Assembly (NCBI GenBank): GCA_035529015.1
Contig: DATKXP010000079.1
Coordinates: 5,513-69,512, forward strand
Length of the DNA stretch: 64,000 nt
Source of the DNA: Phycisphaerae bacterium
GTDB lineage: Bacteria; Planctomycetota; Phycisphaerae; FEN-1346
Direction: 5' to 3'
Below, in pieces: positions 26,269 to 35,565 of this stretch. The notes under the pieces were generated by a model. It did no database searches and was not told the DNA's origin. It saw only the letters and a program-made list of their open reading frames with translations. A program made the translations under genes and the position numbers. Within the stretch, counting starts at the first letter, position 1. Each line of letters starts with the position of its first letter.

Positions 26269-26660
26269 TGGTCGGCATGACGGTGAGAACGCGAAGCGAC
26301 GTGCCGAAGGTGCTGCGCAAGGTGCGGCGGGCGACCATCGAGAGCCTGGGTCACGCCGGCGCTGCTATCCGTCTTACGGCGCGACGCAGTATCCGGCGTT
26401 CGCCTCGGCCGTCGGCGCCCGGCAAGCCGCCGCACACACGGCGCGGGCAACTTCGCGGAGCGATCCTGTATGCCGTCGAACGGGCCCAAGATCGTGTGAT
26501 CATCGGGCCGGACTATGCGGGCATCGGCCTCTCGGCCACGGCCCACGAGTTCGGCGGCAGGTACCGGCGCGGCCGGTACCCGAAACGGCCCTTCATGGGC
26601 CCGGCGCTTGAGAAACTGCGACCCAGGCTCCCGAGGCTGTGGGCCGGGTCGGTGAGGTGA
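26265..26660 (+). CDS. HK97 gp10-like neck/tail attachment protein
   Basis: ATGA overlap with the upstream gene; PGKPPHTRRGQLRGAI resembles the P-x-D/H-T-G-x-L-R motif of the gp10 family. Confidence 0.5.
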   Translation: MMVGMTVRTRSDVPKVLRKVRRATIESLGHAGAAIRLTARRSIRRSPRPSAPGKPPHTRRGQLRGAILYAVERAQDRVIIGPDYAGIGLSATAHEFGGRYRRGRYPKRPFMGPALEKLRPRLPRLWAGSVR

Positions 26661-26670
26661 GGAGCAAACC

Positions 26671-27111
26671 ATGGGATTCAAACTCGGAATGGAAGCGCGG
26701 CTGTACCAGAACACGGGCACCTACGAAACGCCGACGTGGACCGAGATCGACAACGTCAAGGACGTGACGCTGAACCTGGAGACGGGTGAGGCGGACGTCA
26801 CCACGCGCGCGAACAACGGTTGGCGTGCCACCGCGGCCACGCTGAAGGACGGGTCGGTCGAGTTCGAGATGGTCTGGGACACGGCCGACGCGGGGTTCAC
26901 GGCCATCCAGGAGGCGTACTTCGACAACACCTCCCTCGAGTTCGCCGTCATGGACGGTGACATCGCCACGAGCGGCACTCAAGGGCTCCGGGCGACGATG
27001 GCCGTCACGAACTTCTCTCGGAACGAACCGCTGGAGGAGGCCATCACCGTCAGCGTCACCATCAAGCCGACCTACGCCGACAACGCGCCCGAGTGGATGG
27101 AGGTGCCGTAG
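26671..27111 (+). CDS. major tail (tube) protein
   Basis: 146 aa; pattern EARLYQNTGTYETPTWTEIDNVKDVTLNLETGEADVTTR resembles TP901-1/GTA-type tail tube proteins. Confidence 0.7.
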   Translation: MGFKLGMEARLYQNTGTYETPTWTEIDNVKDVTLNLETGEADVTTRANNGWRATAATLKDGSVEFEMVWDTADAGFTAIQEAYFDNTSLEFAVMDGDIATSGTQGLRATMAVTNFSRNEPLEEAITVSVTIKPTYADNAPEWMEVP

Positions 27112-27114
27112 ACC

Positions 27115-27600
27115 ATGAAGACGTTCGACGACAACGCCGGGCGGACCTGGACCGTCGCTGTGACCATCAACGCCGTCAAGCGCGTCAAGGGCCTGCTGGA
27201 CGTGGACCTCACGGACCTGATGGACGGTGACCCTCCGCTGCTGACGCGCCTGGACACCGACATCGTGCTCCTGTGTGACGTGATCTTCGCCCTCGTCAAG
27301 CCCCAGGCGGACGAGCAGGGCGTGACGGACGAGGCGTTCGCCGAGGCCCTGGGCGGTGACGCGATCATCGCGGCGCACGATGCGCTGTTGGAGGAACTCG
27401 CGGATTTTTTCCGGAGCCTTCGCCGGACGGACGTCACGAAGGCGGTGGAGAAACAGATCGCCATGGTCCGGGCAGCGGTCCAGGCAGCCGAGGCGAGGAT
27501 CGAGGCAGTGGACGTGGATCGGGAGATCGAGGAGGCCTTTCGGTCTGGCGACTTATCTGGCAACTCGCCGGGCTCGTCGGAACCGACCCCGGACCGTTGA
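27115..27600 (+). CDS. tail assembly chaperone (G-like)
   Basis: Position between the tube and tape-measure genes; acidic 161 aa. Confidence 0.55.
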   Translation: MKTFDDNAGRTWTVAVTINAVKRVKGLLDVDLTDLMDGDPPLLTRLDTDIVLLCDVIFALVKPQADEQGVTDEAFAEALGGDAIIAAHDALLEELADFFRSLRRTDVTKAVEKQIAMVRAAVQAAEARIEAVDVDREIEEAFRSGDLSGNSPGSSEPTPDR

Positions 27601-27839
27601 CGCTCCGGGAACTCGTGTGGATGGCCGAGGCCCGGTGCCGGGAGGCGTGGAATCACACGAGCGCGGTGATGGCGCTGCTGGCAAACATCCACCGGGATCC
27701 CAAGAGAGGGAAGGCTTTCAAGCCGTCGGACTTCAATCCGTACGAGGTGAAGCGCGGCCAGGGCGTTCCGCTTCGGGCGGGGAACATTGGTCTGCTGAAA
27801 CAGGTCTTTGTCAGGCGCGGGAAGGGAGGAGACGTATGA
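27597..27839 (+). CDS. tail chaperone T-like ORF in the -1 frame
   Basis: Overlaps the G-like stop; the -1 frame is open for more than 70 nt upstream of that stop. Confidence 0.45.
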   Translation: MTLRELVWMAEARCREAWNHTSAVMALLANIHRDPKRGKAFKPSDFNPYEVKRGQGVPLRAGNIGLLKQVFVRRGKGGDV

Positions 27840-28189
27840 GACGACTGGCGATGTTGGGAGTGGTGTGGTGGATCGTGCTCATCCCGACCGGGGCCCTGGG
27901 GTGTCAGGCGATCCAGGTGCCGACCGAACGGCAGGCCCTTCGGGCAAGCGCGGACGTGTACGCGACGACCGTGATGTTGCTTGCCGAATACCGTCGCGCC
28001 GGCTTCATCGACGATGAGGCGGCCGAGCGGATCAACACGGCCATGCGACTTGCACGGGCAGCGCTGAACGAGTGGTACGCGGCCGTCAAGGAGAACCGGC
28101 CTGTGAGCGAGGCCGTCTCGAACTTCAACCGTCAGCTCCAGGTCCTTCTGGATGAGAAGTTGGCCGCAGACAGGAGGCGGGTGAAATGA
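27836..28189 (+). CDS. lipoprotein
   Basis: ATGA overlap; signal peptide MRRLAMLGVVWWIVLIPTGALG followed by Cys (lipobox-like ALGC). Confidence 0.55.
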   Translation: MRRLAMLGVVWWIVLIPTGALGCQAIQVPTERQALRASADVYATTVMLLAEYRRAGFIDDEAAERINTAMRLARAALNEWYAAVKENRPVSEAVSNFNRQLQVLLDEKLAADRRRVK

Positions 28190-28383
28190 CTGACCTCACG
28201 AACATTCTGATCCTGATCCACCTGATCACCGAAGCCACGGGGCTCGTGGCGCGGGCCATCGAGGCCGGCAGGGACGTGACGGACGAGGAACTCGCGGCCG
28301 TCTTCGCCCGGTGTGACCGGGCTGACGCCGCGTGGGATAAGGCGAACGCCGAAGGAACAGACAAGGGGCAGACCGATGGCTGA
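28186..28383 (+). CDS. small hypothetical protein
   Basis: ATGA overlap; hydrophobic N-terminus ILILIHLI. Confidence 0.4.
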   Translation: MTDLTNILILIHLITEATGLVARAIEAGRDVTDEELAAVFARCDRADAAWDKANAEGTDKGQTDG

Positions 28384-28564
28384 CGAGAAGAACGTCGTCG
28401 TCCAGTGGCTCGAAGGGAAGAAGACCTACGCCGTGGCGGTCACGATCCTGGTGTGCGGTGTCCTCCAGCTGTACGGCGTCGAGATCCCGGAGTTCGTGTG
28501 GGCTGCGCTGGTTGCGTTCGGCCTCGGCTTTCTCCGTGCGGGAGTCGCCAAGGGCCAGGGGTAA
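28376..28564 (+). CDS. small two-TM protein (holin-like topology)
   Basis: 62 aa; helices YAVAVTILVCGVLQLYG and FVWAALVAFGLGFL. Confidence 0.45.
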   Translation: MADEKNVVVQWLEGKKTYAVAVTILVCGVLQLYGVEIPEFVWAALVAFGLGFLRAGVAKGQG

Positions 28565-28567
28565 CCG

Positions 28568-30913
28568 ATGGTCTCGTCACGCGGTATCCGAGCGGGCGCG
28601 GCTTACGTCGAACTGTACGCCCACGATTCGAAGCTCGTCCGCGGCCTGAAGCGGGCCTCCAGGCGCCTCAAGGCGTTCGGCGCGAACGTCCGCAACATCG
28701 GTGCGCGCCTCGTCAAGGCGAGCGCCGTCATGGCTACACCGCTCGTGGCCGGCGCCAAGGTCTACGCCGACTTCGAGCAGCAGATGGCCAACGTTGCCAC
28801 GATGCTCGACAAGCCTGCTGACCACATGGACGCCTTCAAGAAGGGCATCCGGTCGATGGCGGTGGAGTTCGGCGAATCGACCGAGGCGCTGGCCGGTGGA
28901 CTGTACGACATCCTGTCGGCCAGCATTCCCGCCGAGAAGGCCCTGGAGGTCCTGGCCGTTGCTTCCAGGGCAGCGAAGGCAGGGCTCACGGACACGAAGA
29001 CGGCAGCCGACGCCATCACGACGGTCCTGAACTCGTACGGCCTCGCGGCGGAGCACGCGGGTGCTGTCTCCGACCTCCTCTTCTCCGTGGTCAAGCGCGG
29101 CAAGACGACCTTCGCCGAACTCGCCCCGCAGATCGGTATGGTCGCATCCACCGCCGCCAGCGCGGGTGTGGGCCTCGATGAACTGGGCGCGGCCCTGGCC
29201 ACCCTCACGCGCCACGGTGTGAAGACCGAGAACGCCGTCACGGCCGTTAACCAGATCGTCATGTCGTTCCTGAAGCCCTCGAAAGAGGCGGCTGACGTGG
29301 CCAGGCAACTGGGCTTTGAGATGTCGTCCGCGACGCTCCACACCGAAGGCCTCGCCGGGGTCTTCGAGAAGATCAGTCGCCTCTCGCCCGACGCCATCGC
29401 CAAACTGTTCCCGAACGCCCGGGCGCTGCGGGGCGTCATCCCGGCGCTCAAGAACATGGAAGGCTTTCTGGCGGACATCGGCGCCATGAGGACCGGAGCC
29501 GGGGCGACCGAGACCGCCTACAAGAAGATGGCCGCCACGCTCGCACACGCCTTCGCCCAGGTCAAACAGGCGGGGCTCGTGGCGCTGTCGGTGGTAGGCG
29601 AATCGCTTGCCGAGCCGCTCTCGAAGGCGGCTGCCACCATCAAGCGGTACGCTGCGTTCGTCACCGACCTCATCGCCCGGAACAAGGGCCTCGTGGTCGC
29701 TGCCGCGAAGGTCGTTGCCATCATCGGCCTGGTGGGCGGTGCGCTCGTGGTCGTGGGTGCGGCAGGTTCGGCCCTGGCGACGGTCTTTGGCGGCATCGCA
29801 GCCATCGTCACAGGTGTGGGGACGGCTATCGGCGTACTTGGCACCGTTCTGGCTGCCCTCGTCTCACCCATCGGTCTTGTGATCGCGGCCGTGGCCGCCC
29901 TCGGCGCATACATCTTGTATGCGACCGGAGCGGCGGGGAAGGCCCTGAAATGGCTCGGGGAGAAGTTCGGTCAACTGAGGGAGTTTGCCGGCGAGGCGTA
30001 CCGCGGCATCGCTGACGCCCTGGCTGCCGGCGACATCGGCCTCGCGGCTCGGATCCTGTGGCTGACGCTGAAGGTCGCCTGGCAGAAAGGCGTCGGCTGG
30101 CTCCTCCGCGTCTGGCTGCAGTTCAAGCATGGGTTCCTCTCGGTCGCCTACGCCGCGTTCTACGGGACGTTGGCGCTCGCGCGGACCGTCTGGCACGGCA
30201 TCCAGATCGCGGCCGTCGAGGCGGCCGCATTCATGCTCAAGGCCTGGGACCGGTACGTCTTCGCCGTGGCCCGGGCGATGCTGTGGCTCCAGTCACGATT
30301 GACGAAGATCTGGAACGTCCTCAAAGGGAAGTTCGACGAGACGTTCGACCCTCAGGCCGCCAATCGTGCCGTCCAGCAACAGTACGAGTACGGGAGTCAG
30401 TACCTCAAGGAGGAAGGTGCGCGTCGCCAGAAGACGCTCGAGGGGGCCCGTCAGCGGGTCCGTGAGCACGAGCAGGAGCAGTACGAGGCCGGGATGGCCG
30501 AGATCAGCCGGGCCCACCAGGCGAAGAAGCGGGCCATGGAAGAGGAGGCTCGGACTCGGACGGCCGCGGCCCAGGCCGAACTGGATCAGGCCCGCCAGGA
30601 GTGGCGCGCTGCCATCGCCGAGGCACGCAGGAAACGCGAGGCCCGTGAGGCCGCCGACGAGGGCCCCGGCAAACTCAAGGGACCTGCGAGCCTCGTAGGC
30701 AAGGTCCAGGACAGCCTGGCCGGTCTGGGTGACACGCTGAAGAAGACGGCCGAGCGCACCATCAGCGTCACCGGCACGTTCAGTGCCATGGCGGTGGCCG
30801 GACTCGGTGCCGGCAGCGTGGCCGAACGGACCGCCAAGGCGACCGAGGAGACCGCCCAGAACACCAAGAAACTCGTCACGGAAACCCGCGTCGGCGGGCT
30901 GACCTTCAGCTAG
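28568..30913 (+). CDS. tail tape measure protein
   Basis: 781 aa; helical; core block AFKKGIRSMAVEFGESTEALAGGLYDILSASIP; central TM-like Gly/Ala/Val tract. Confidence 0.85.
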   Translation: MVSSRGIRAGAAYVELYAHDSKLVRGLKRASRRLKAFGANVRNIGARLVKASAVMATPLVAGAKVYADFEQQMANVATMLDKPADHMDAFKKGIRSMAVEFGESTEALAGGLYDILSASIPAEKALEVLAVASRAAKAGLTDTKTAADAITTVLNSYGLAAEHAGAVSDLLFSVVKRGKTTFAELAPQIGMVASTAASAGVGLDELGAALATLTRHGVKTENAVTAVNQIVMSFLKPSKEAADVARQLGFEMSSATLHTEGLAGVFEKISRLSPDAIAKLFPNARALRGVIPALKNMEGFLADIGAMRTGAGATETAYKKMAATLAHAFAQVKQAGLVALSVVGESLAEPLSKAAATIKRYAAFVTDLIARNKGLVVAAAKVVAIIGLVGGALVVVGAAGSALATVFGGIAAIVTGVGTAIGVLGTVLAALVSPIGLVIAAVAALGAYILYATGAAGKALKWLGEKFGQLREFAGEAYRGIADALAAGDIGLAARILWLTLKVAWQKGVGWLLRVWLQFKHGFLSVAYAAFYGTLALARTVWHGIQIAAVEAAAFMLKAWDRYVFAVARAMLWLQSRLTKIWNVLKGKFDETFDPQAANRAVQQQYEYGSQYLKEEGARRQKTLEGARQRVREHEQEQYEAGMAEISRAHQAKKRAMEEEARTRTAAAQAELDQARQEWRAAIAEARRKREAREAADEGPGKLKGPASLVGKVQDSLAGLGDTLKKTAERTISVTGTFSAMAVAGLGAGSVAERTAKATEETAQNTKKLVTETRVGGLTFS

Positions 30914-30925
30914 CACAGGACGGCC

Positions 30926-31750
30926 ATGGCCATCACCGTTACCGAAAAGCCCGACAGCCGCCCGTCCTCGGACGGCCAGGACGCCTCAGCCGAACTCCTC
31001 TACACCGTCCGCGGGACGGCCGACGATGCTGCAGCGAAGGCGGCGCTGGCGTCCGAGGCTCCCACGACGCACGGTGACCTCGTCCGGCAGACCTGGGGCG
31101 TCGAACCGGTCCACGTCGATACCGGGAGTCCCGACGACTGTATCTGGGACGGCACGGTCCGATACGGCCGTGTGAACAACACGCCGCCGGAGACCGGCGA
31201 GTCCGTGTTCAACTTCGACACGGGCGGCGGGACGCAGCATATCACCCAGAGCCTCCAGACCGCGGGCAGTTACGCGCCGCCGGGCAAGACGGCCCCGAAC
31301 TTCAAGGGCGCGATCGGCGTCACACACGACTCGGTCGAGGGCGTGGATATCACCGTCCCGATCTACCAGTTCTCCGAGACGCATTACCTGGCCGACTCGG
31401 TCGTGACGCCCGCCTACAAGGCGACGCTCTTCAACCTGACCGGCAAGGTTAACTCGGGCGCGTTCAAGGGCTTTGAGGCGGGCGAGGTCCTGTTCCTCGG
31501 TGCGTCCGGGTCGAAGCGTGGCGAAACGGACTGGGAGATCACGTTCCGTTTTGCGGCCAGCCCGAACCGGACGGGCCTGACGGTCGGCGACATCACCGGC
31601 ATCTCGAAGAAGGGGTGGGAGTACATGTGGGTCCGCTACGCCGACGCTGAGGATGACGACGCGAAGGAGCTCGTCAAGCGGCCCACGTCCGTGCACGTGG
31701 AGAAGGTGTACGAGGAAGGGGACTTTGTGGGCTTGGGGATTGGCTCATGA
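30926..31750 (+). CDS. distal tail protein candidate
   Basis: Position after the tape measure; 274 aa beta-rich. Confidence 0.5.
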   Translation: MAITVTEKPDSRPSSDGQDASAELLYTVRGTADDAAAKAALASEAPTTHGDLVRQTWGVEPVHVDTGSPDDCIWDGTVRYGRVNNTPPETGESVFNFDTGGGTQHITQSLQTAGSYAPPGKTAPNFKGAIGVTHDSVEGVDITVPIYQFSETHYLADSVVTPAYKATLFNLTGKVNSGAFKGFEAGEVLFLGASGSKRGETDWEITFRFAASPNRTGLTVGDITGISKKGWEYMWVRYADAEDDDAKELVKRPTSVHVEKVYEEGDFVGLGIGS

Positions 31751-31776
31751 GACAGGAGAATCGCAGGTGCTGCGGC

Positions 31777-32511
31777 TCAGCAGTTGACGTACTGGATCGG
31801 GTTCCGGCTCCGCTCGCTGAAGTATCCGTCGACGGAGCGCCCGAGGTACTTCCTTCGGACAGGATCCAGTGCAACTGTTCCGACGAACTCCCACCGGCCT
31901 TTCATCGGATGGCCCTGATGGTGCCACGCGTTGAAGGTGGAACCGGACCGCAACCACTGCGATATGGCGTAGACCTCGCGGACGATGTCCCGGTACACGG
32001 CAAGGGCATATCGGGCTTTCTCTCTTCTGGTTCCGACGACCCACACGCCGCGGGTGGCGTCGTAGAGTTCGGCTTCCGAGATCCCATAATGGTACATACG
32101 GCTGATCCGGATGAGCATCACGGGTTCGGTGATCCGGGCCGGCTTCCGCTGGTAGAGCGAGAGCACCTGGTCGAGGGACATGCGGCCCTGGCGGGAACTG
32201 TGATGTCCGTGAACACGGTTAGACAGCCGGTCGAGGCCGACGAGGTCAATCGCCGCCATCTCAACAGCCAGTGCCGCCTTCTCGTCCTTCAGGCCGTGGA
32301 TGAGGACCTCTACGCGAGGTTCCAGCCCGCGCTTGCGGAGCCCCCGAATCTTGGCGCCGTGAGGGGTTTTGCCTCGCCCGTCTACGTGACAGAGCAAGCG
32401 GTTGCCTTTCCCCTTGCCGACGTAGAACACCTCGTCGGTCTCGGGGTCGACGTACAGGTAGACGTAGTAGCCCAGTTCGCGAGTGACGCACGAAGGGAGC
32501 CTCTTGATCAT
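31777..32511 (-). CDS. GIY-YIG domain nuclease
   Basis: GYYVYLYVDPETDEVFYVGKGKGNR...E motif set; the only minus-strand gene inside the tail module. Confidence 0.7.
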   Translation of the reverse strand: MIKRLPSCVTRELGYYVYLYVDPETDEVFYVGKGKGNRLLCHVDGRGKTPHGAKIRGLRKRGLEPRVEVLIHGLKDEKAALAVEMAAIDLVGLDRLSNRVHGHHSSRQGRMSLDQVLSLYQRKPARITEPVMLIRISRMYHYGISEAELYDATRGVWVVGTRREKARYALAVYRDIVREVYAISQWLRSGSTFNAWHHQGHPMKGRWEFVGTVALDPVRRKYLGRSVDGYFSERSRNPIQYVNC

Positions 32512-32624
32512 GGCTCCTCCCTCCTCCTTGCCGCACGGATGCTCAGCGTCTTCAGCACGGACACTCCCAGCGTTAAAGGCTTGTTGAACATGCGTAGTAT
32601 AGCGAGTGCTGGGGGGGATGGCGA

Positions 32625-33563
32625 GTGAGCCTGCAGAAAGTCAAGTCCGGCGACCCACTGGAGATCCCGGCACGCACCCACAACGCCTTCATCGACGCCG
32701 CCCGTGACCACCTGGCCCGGCAGCAGAACGTGGCAGGTGCGCCCGTTGCGGAACTCCGTCCTGGCGGCATCGTGCCGGTGAAGAACGCAAGCGGCGCGGA
32801 TCGCGAGCGGTTCGATATCCTGGGCATCGATGCGCCGATCTTCACGCCCACCGACAACGAGGACGGTTTCAAGAACCAAGTCGCCCTCAAAGGCGTCCTG
32901 CCCACCGAAGCCGACCACGCGGGCAGGTTCGCTATCCTCCTTGAGCCGCTGAAGGCGGGCGCCATCGGCCTCGCGTGCGTCCAGGGCGTCTGTCCTGTGA
33001 AGGTCAGCGTCGAGGACGAGGACCACCCCTGCGCCGACGTGAACGACGGCCAGGCCGGAAGTCTCAAGAGCGGCGTGAGCGGGGCTGCCTTCATCCTCTG
33101 GAAGGAGTCCGGCACGGGCGAGAAATGGGCCGTGGTCAAACTCGGCGTGCCCCCCGACTCGCTCGGCAGCCTGTTTGCCGTGCTGGTCACGAAAGACGGC
33201 GGGGTGGCCGGAGACGCCGCGACCGACTGCACGTTCACCTACACGGTCAAGGACCTTCTCGGCGCGGAACTCGCCACGGCCCTTTCGCCCCTGCGGCCGC
33301 GCTTTGCGCACACCGAGTACGTCGAGCCGGGCGCGGATTCGCCGGGCACCGCCTGGTACGACGCCCAGGGGGACCTGCAACTCCTCGAGGCGGTCGAGGA
33401 GGTGCCGAAGACCGACCTCGTCGCGGTTCTCACCAGCCTGCGCTATGACACCACCGCGCACGAGTTCCAGTACAAGAAGACCAGCGTGCGGGTCATCGAG
33501 ACCGAAGATGAGGACGCCGCATGGACCGCCATCACGGACCTGACGGAATGCGACGACACGTGA
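32625..33563 (+). CDS. tail/baseplate protein candidate
   Basis: 312 aa; position only. Confidence 0.45.
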   Translation: MSLQKVKSGDPLEIPARTHNAFIDAARDHLARQQNVAGAPVAELRPGGIVPVKNASGADRERFDILGIDAPIFTPTDNEDGFKNQVALKGVLPTEADHAGRFAILLEPLKAGAIGLACVQGVCPVKVSVEDEDHPCADVNDGQAGSLKSGVSGAAFILWKESGTGEKWAVVKLGVPPDSLGSLFAVLVTKDGGVAGDAATDCTFTYTVKDLLGAELATALSPLRPRFAHTEYVEPGADSPGTAWYDAQGDLQLLEAVEEVPKTDLVAVLTSLRYDTTAHEFQYKKTSVRVIETEDEDAAWTAITDLTECDDT

Positions 33564-33579
33564 TTCAGGGGCGCTCGCC

Positions 33580-34143
33580 GTGGCCTACTCAGACAAGCCG
33601 ATGTACAGCAAGAAGACCGGCAAGCCCATCTACCGCAAGAGCAACGACAGGCTGATCTACGGCGACCCGGACGACTGTGACTGCTGCGGGGGAATTGGCG
33701 GATGCTGCGGCTCCGACAACCCTCCCGGCCACCCCCAGAACGATGCCGTCATTACCATCGTTGGGGAGTGCGGCACGGACGAGTGGGGCGAGCCGTCCGA
33801 GTTCTGCTCCGACTGGTGTCACGAGGGGGCCGGGGCGTACGGGTGGTATGGCTGCTGGTTCCAGCAGGGGCCTCCAACCGATGGTCTCGTGTGGTACTGG
33901 TATTTCGTCCCCGAGGAGGGGCACGAGTGGCGGCTGCAAATCAATTACGACTTGGACCTGGACATCTGGCAGGCGACCCTGTGGGGACACAACGACCAGA
34001 GCGTCACCTACCAGGGCGACATCCCGCCGCTCGCGTGTGACCACACGACTCACAAGCTCAGCGGCTCGTTTTCGCTGCCGGGCCTGGCCATTGCGCCTTA
34101 TTGCGGGTGCGTAGGATGCACGGCGAACGTGACGATTGGCTGA
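33580..34143 (+). CDS. Cys/Trp-rich hypothetical tail-end protein
   Basis: DDCDCCGGIGGCCG and CGCVGC clusters; many W/Y residues. Confidence 0.45.
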   Translation: MAYSDKPMYSKKTGKPIYRKSNDRLIYGDPDDCDCCGGIGGCCGSDNPPGHPQNDAVITIVGECGTDEWGEPSEFCSDWCHEGAGAYGWYGCWFQQGPPTDGLVWYWYFVPEEGHEWRLQINYDLDLDIWQATLWGHNDQSVTYQGDIPPLACDHTTHKLSGSFSLPGLAIAPYCGCVGCTANVTIG

Positions 34144-34661
34144 GACCCGAGTTCTGCGAGTCCGCGCACTGCCACGTCGGTGCGCATTGCTGCGTCTGCC
34201 GCGACAAGGAGGGCGGTCGCCGGTGGCGACGGCTCATCGCCCAGCGGTTCGAAGTGGACGGCGTTGACTGGCCCTGTCCGCACGGGAACCCGTGGGGGTA
34301 TCAGCCGCCGGAGCGAACGCGCCGGTCCGTCCTGCCGTATGTCGCCGCCAGCCACGGCACCCTGGCAGGGCGAGCCCCTGGCAGGGCTGCGCCCGCCGTG
34401 GCCCGCTGCCGTGGCTCGACCGCGAGCCGTACCCGTGCCAGGGAGCGTCGAGCGATCTGCGATGCGTGTGAGGTGCCAGCCCTGGAGTGCGAGGTCCGGT
34501 ACAAGCGCGAACTTCAGGCGGCCAGCGGCAGAACCTGCTGGTTCAACCGATTCGTTCGCCGGGCTTCATCGTGCTGTCCCGCTGACCCGCCGAAGTGGTC
34601 GGCAGTGAACGAGCCGCGCCTGCCGGGAAGCATCATGCCGAAAGCGGCGGCATCCGTGTGA
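34116..34661 (+). CDS. Cys-rich hypothetical protein
   Basis: CESAHCHVGAHCCVC, CDACEVPALEC; Arg-rich middle part lowers confidence. Confidence 0.3.
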   Translation: MHGERDDWLRPEFCESAHCHVGAHCCVCRDKEGGRRWRRLIAQRFEVDGVDWPCPHGNPWGYQPPERTRRSVLPYVAASHGTLAGRAPGRAAPAVARCRGSTASRTRARERRAICDACEVPALECEVRYKRELQAASGRTCWFNRFVRRASSCCPADPPKWSAVNEPRLPGSIMPKAAASV

Positions 34662-34698
34662 TGGCTAAGCCCGCCTCTGCTCGTCCCTACTATCCGTG

Positions 34699-34860
34699 AT
34701 GAGAGAGACCAGCGGCCTCGAGCAGATCGTCATCTGGCAGGACGGCGACAAGAACCTCCACGTGCGGGTCAAGAAGAACGGCATCTGGTTGCCGGACGGG
34801 ACCGAACTGGACATGACGTTCAACGATTCCGGTCACGTCACGGACGGGTGGTGGGATTGA
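34699..34860 (+). CDS. mini-ORF 1 (53 aa, not in track)
   Basis: Read by eye: MRETSGLEQIVIWQDGDKNLHVRVKKNGIWLPDGTELDMTFNDSGHVTDGWWD. Confidence 0.25.
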   Translation: MRETSGLEQIVIWQDGDKNLHVRVKKNGIWLPDGTELDMTFNDSGHVTDGWWD

Positions 34861-34865
34861 GGTTG

Positions 34866-34973
34866 GTGCAGCACGGCTACACCAAGAACGGCCAGTTCTA
34901 CGGCTGGTACAGCACCATCGAGGTCGAGATCGACAAAAAAGGCCACGTAACGGGTGCTTGGCAGAGCAGCTGA
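34866..34973 (+). CDS. mini-ORF 2 (35 aa, not in track)
   Basis: VQHGYTKNGQFYGWYSTIEVEIDKKGHVTGAWQSS; shares the GHVTxxW end motif with mini-ORF 1. Confidence 0.2.
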   Translation: MQHGYTKNGQFYGWYSTIEVEIDKKGHVTGAWQSS

Positions 34974-35292
34974 CGGTGCCTGTGTGTGCCACTTCTCAGC
35001 CGCCCCCACTGTCAGACCCCGCGCGCCGCCGCGCTTCCGCTGGCGCTCCCCCACCGGCAACTTCCCGTGGACCGCCACCGCTCACGCACGTGCTCATGGT
35101 TCGGTAAGGCACGTGCAAACAGGAAGGCCGGGTACACCGTTGGGAGGATTCCTGAGCAGCCAGCACCCGGCGTCTGCGGATCCTATGCCCAAGGTGCGCA
35201 ACATCGTGTTGCGCGATGGGTCGGACTTGACGCCGTGCAACGGATGTGGTACCTTAGGCTTGACTAGGGTAGACGATGAGGGGCTTGGCGGA

Positions 35293-35529
35293 ATGCCTAC
35301 CGAAGTCAACGGCACAGAGTATTTCTCAACCACAGAGGTTGCGGAGCGCGCCTGCGTGTCGAGGCAGACAATATGGCGCTGGCGAAAGAGCGGCGTGATC
35401 CCTCCTGGGCGTAGGTACCGGAACGGTCAGGTGCTTTTTACGGAGGAAGAGGCGGATGCCATCGAGGCGCACGCAAACAGGCTCGAACCTCTTGACAGTG
35501 GATTCCAGACGCACCCCACGCTATTCTGA
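35293..35529 (+). CDS. MerR/excisionase-type HTH protein
   Basis: YFSTTEVAERACVSRQTIWRWRKSGVIPP; SD GAGGGG before ATG 35293 (alternative start 35185). Confidence 0.6.
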   Translation: MPTEVNGTEYFSTTEVAERACVSRQTIWRWRKSGVIPPGRRYRNGQVLFTEEEADAIEAHANRLEPLDSGFQTHPTLF

Positions 35530-35565
35530 CAGAGCCCTTGTTTGACACAGGAAGGCAGAATCTCT

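Larger units (their letters stand above)
1..35100. mobile_element. prophage-like head-tail gene cluster (left end outside window), interrupted by cargo block 5.3-19.4 kb
   Basis: Ordered terminase, portal, protease-capsid, neck, major tail, chaperone, tape-measure and distal tail genes, mostly translationally coupled on + strand; no lysin or integrase seen inside. Confidence 0.65.
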
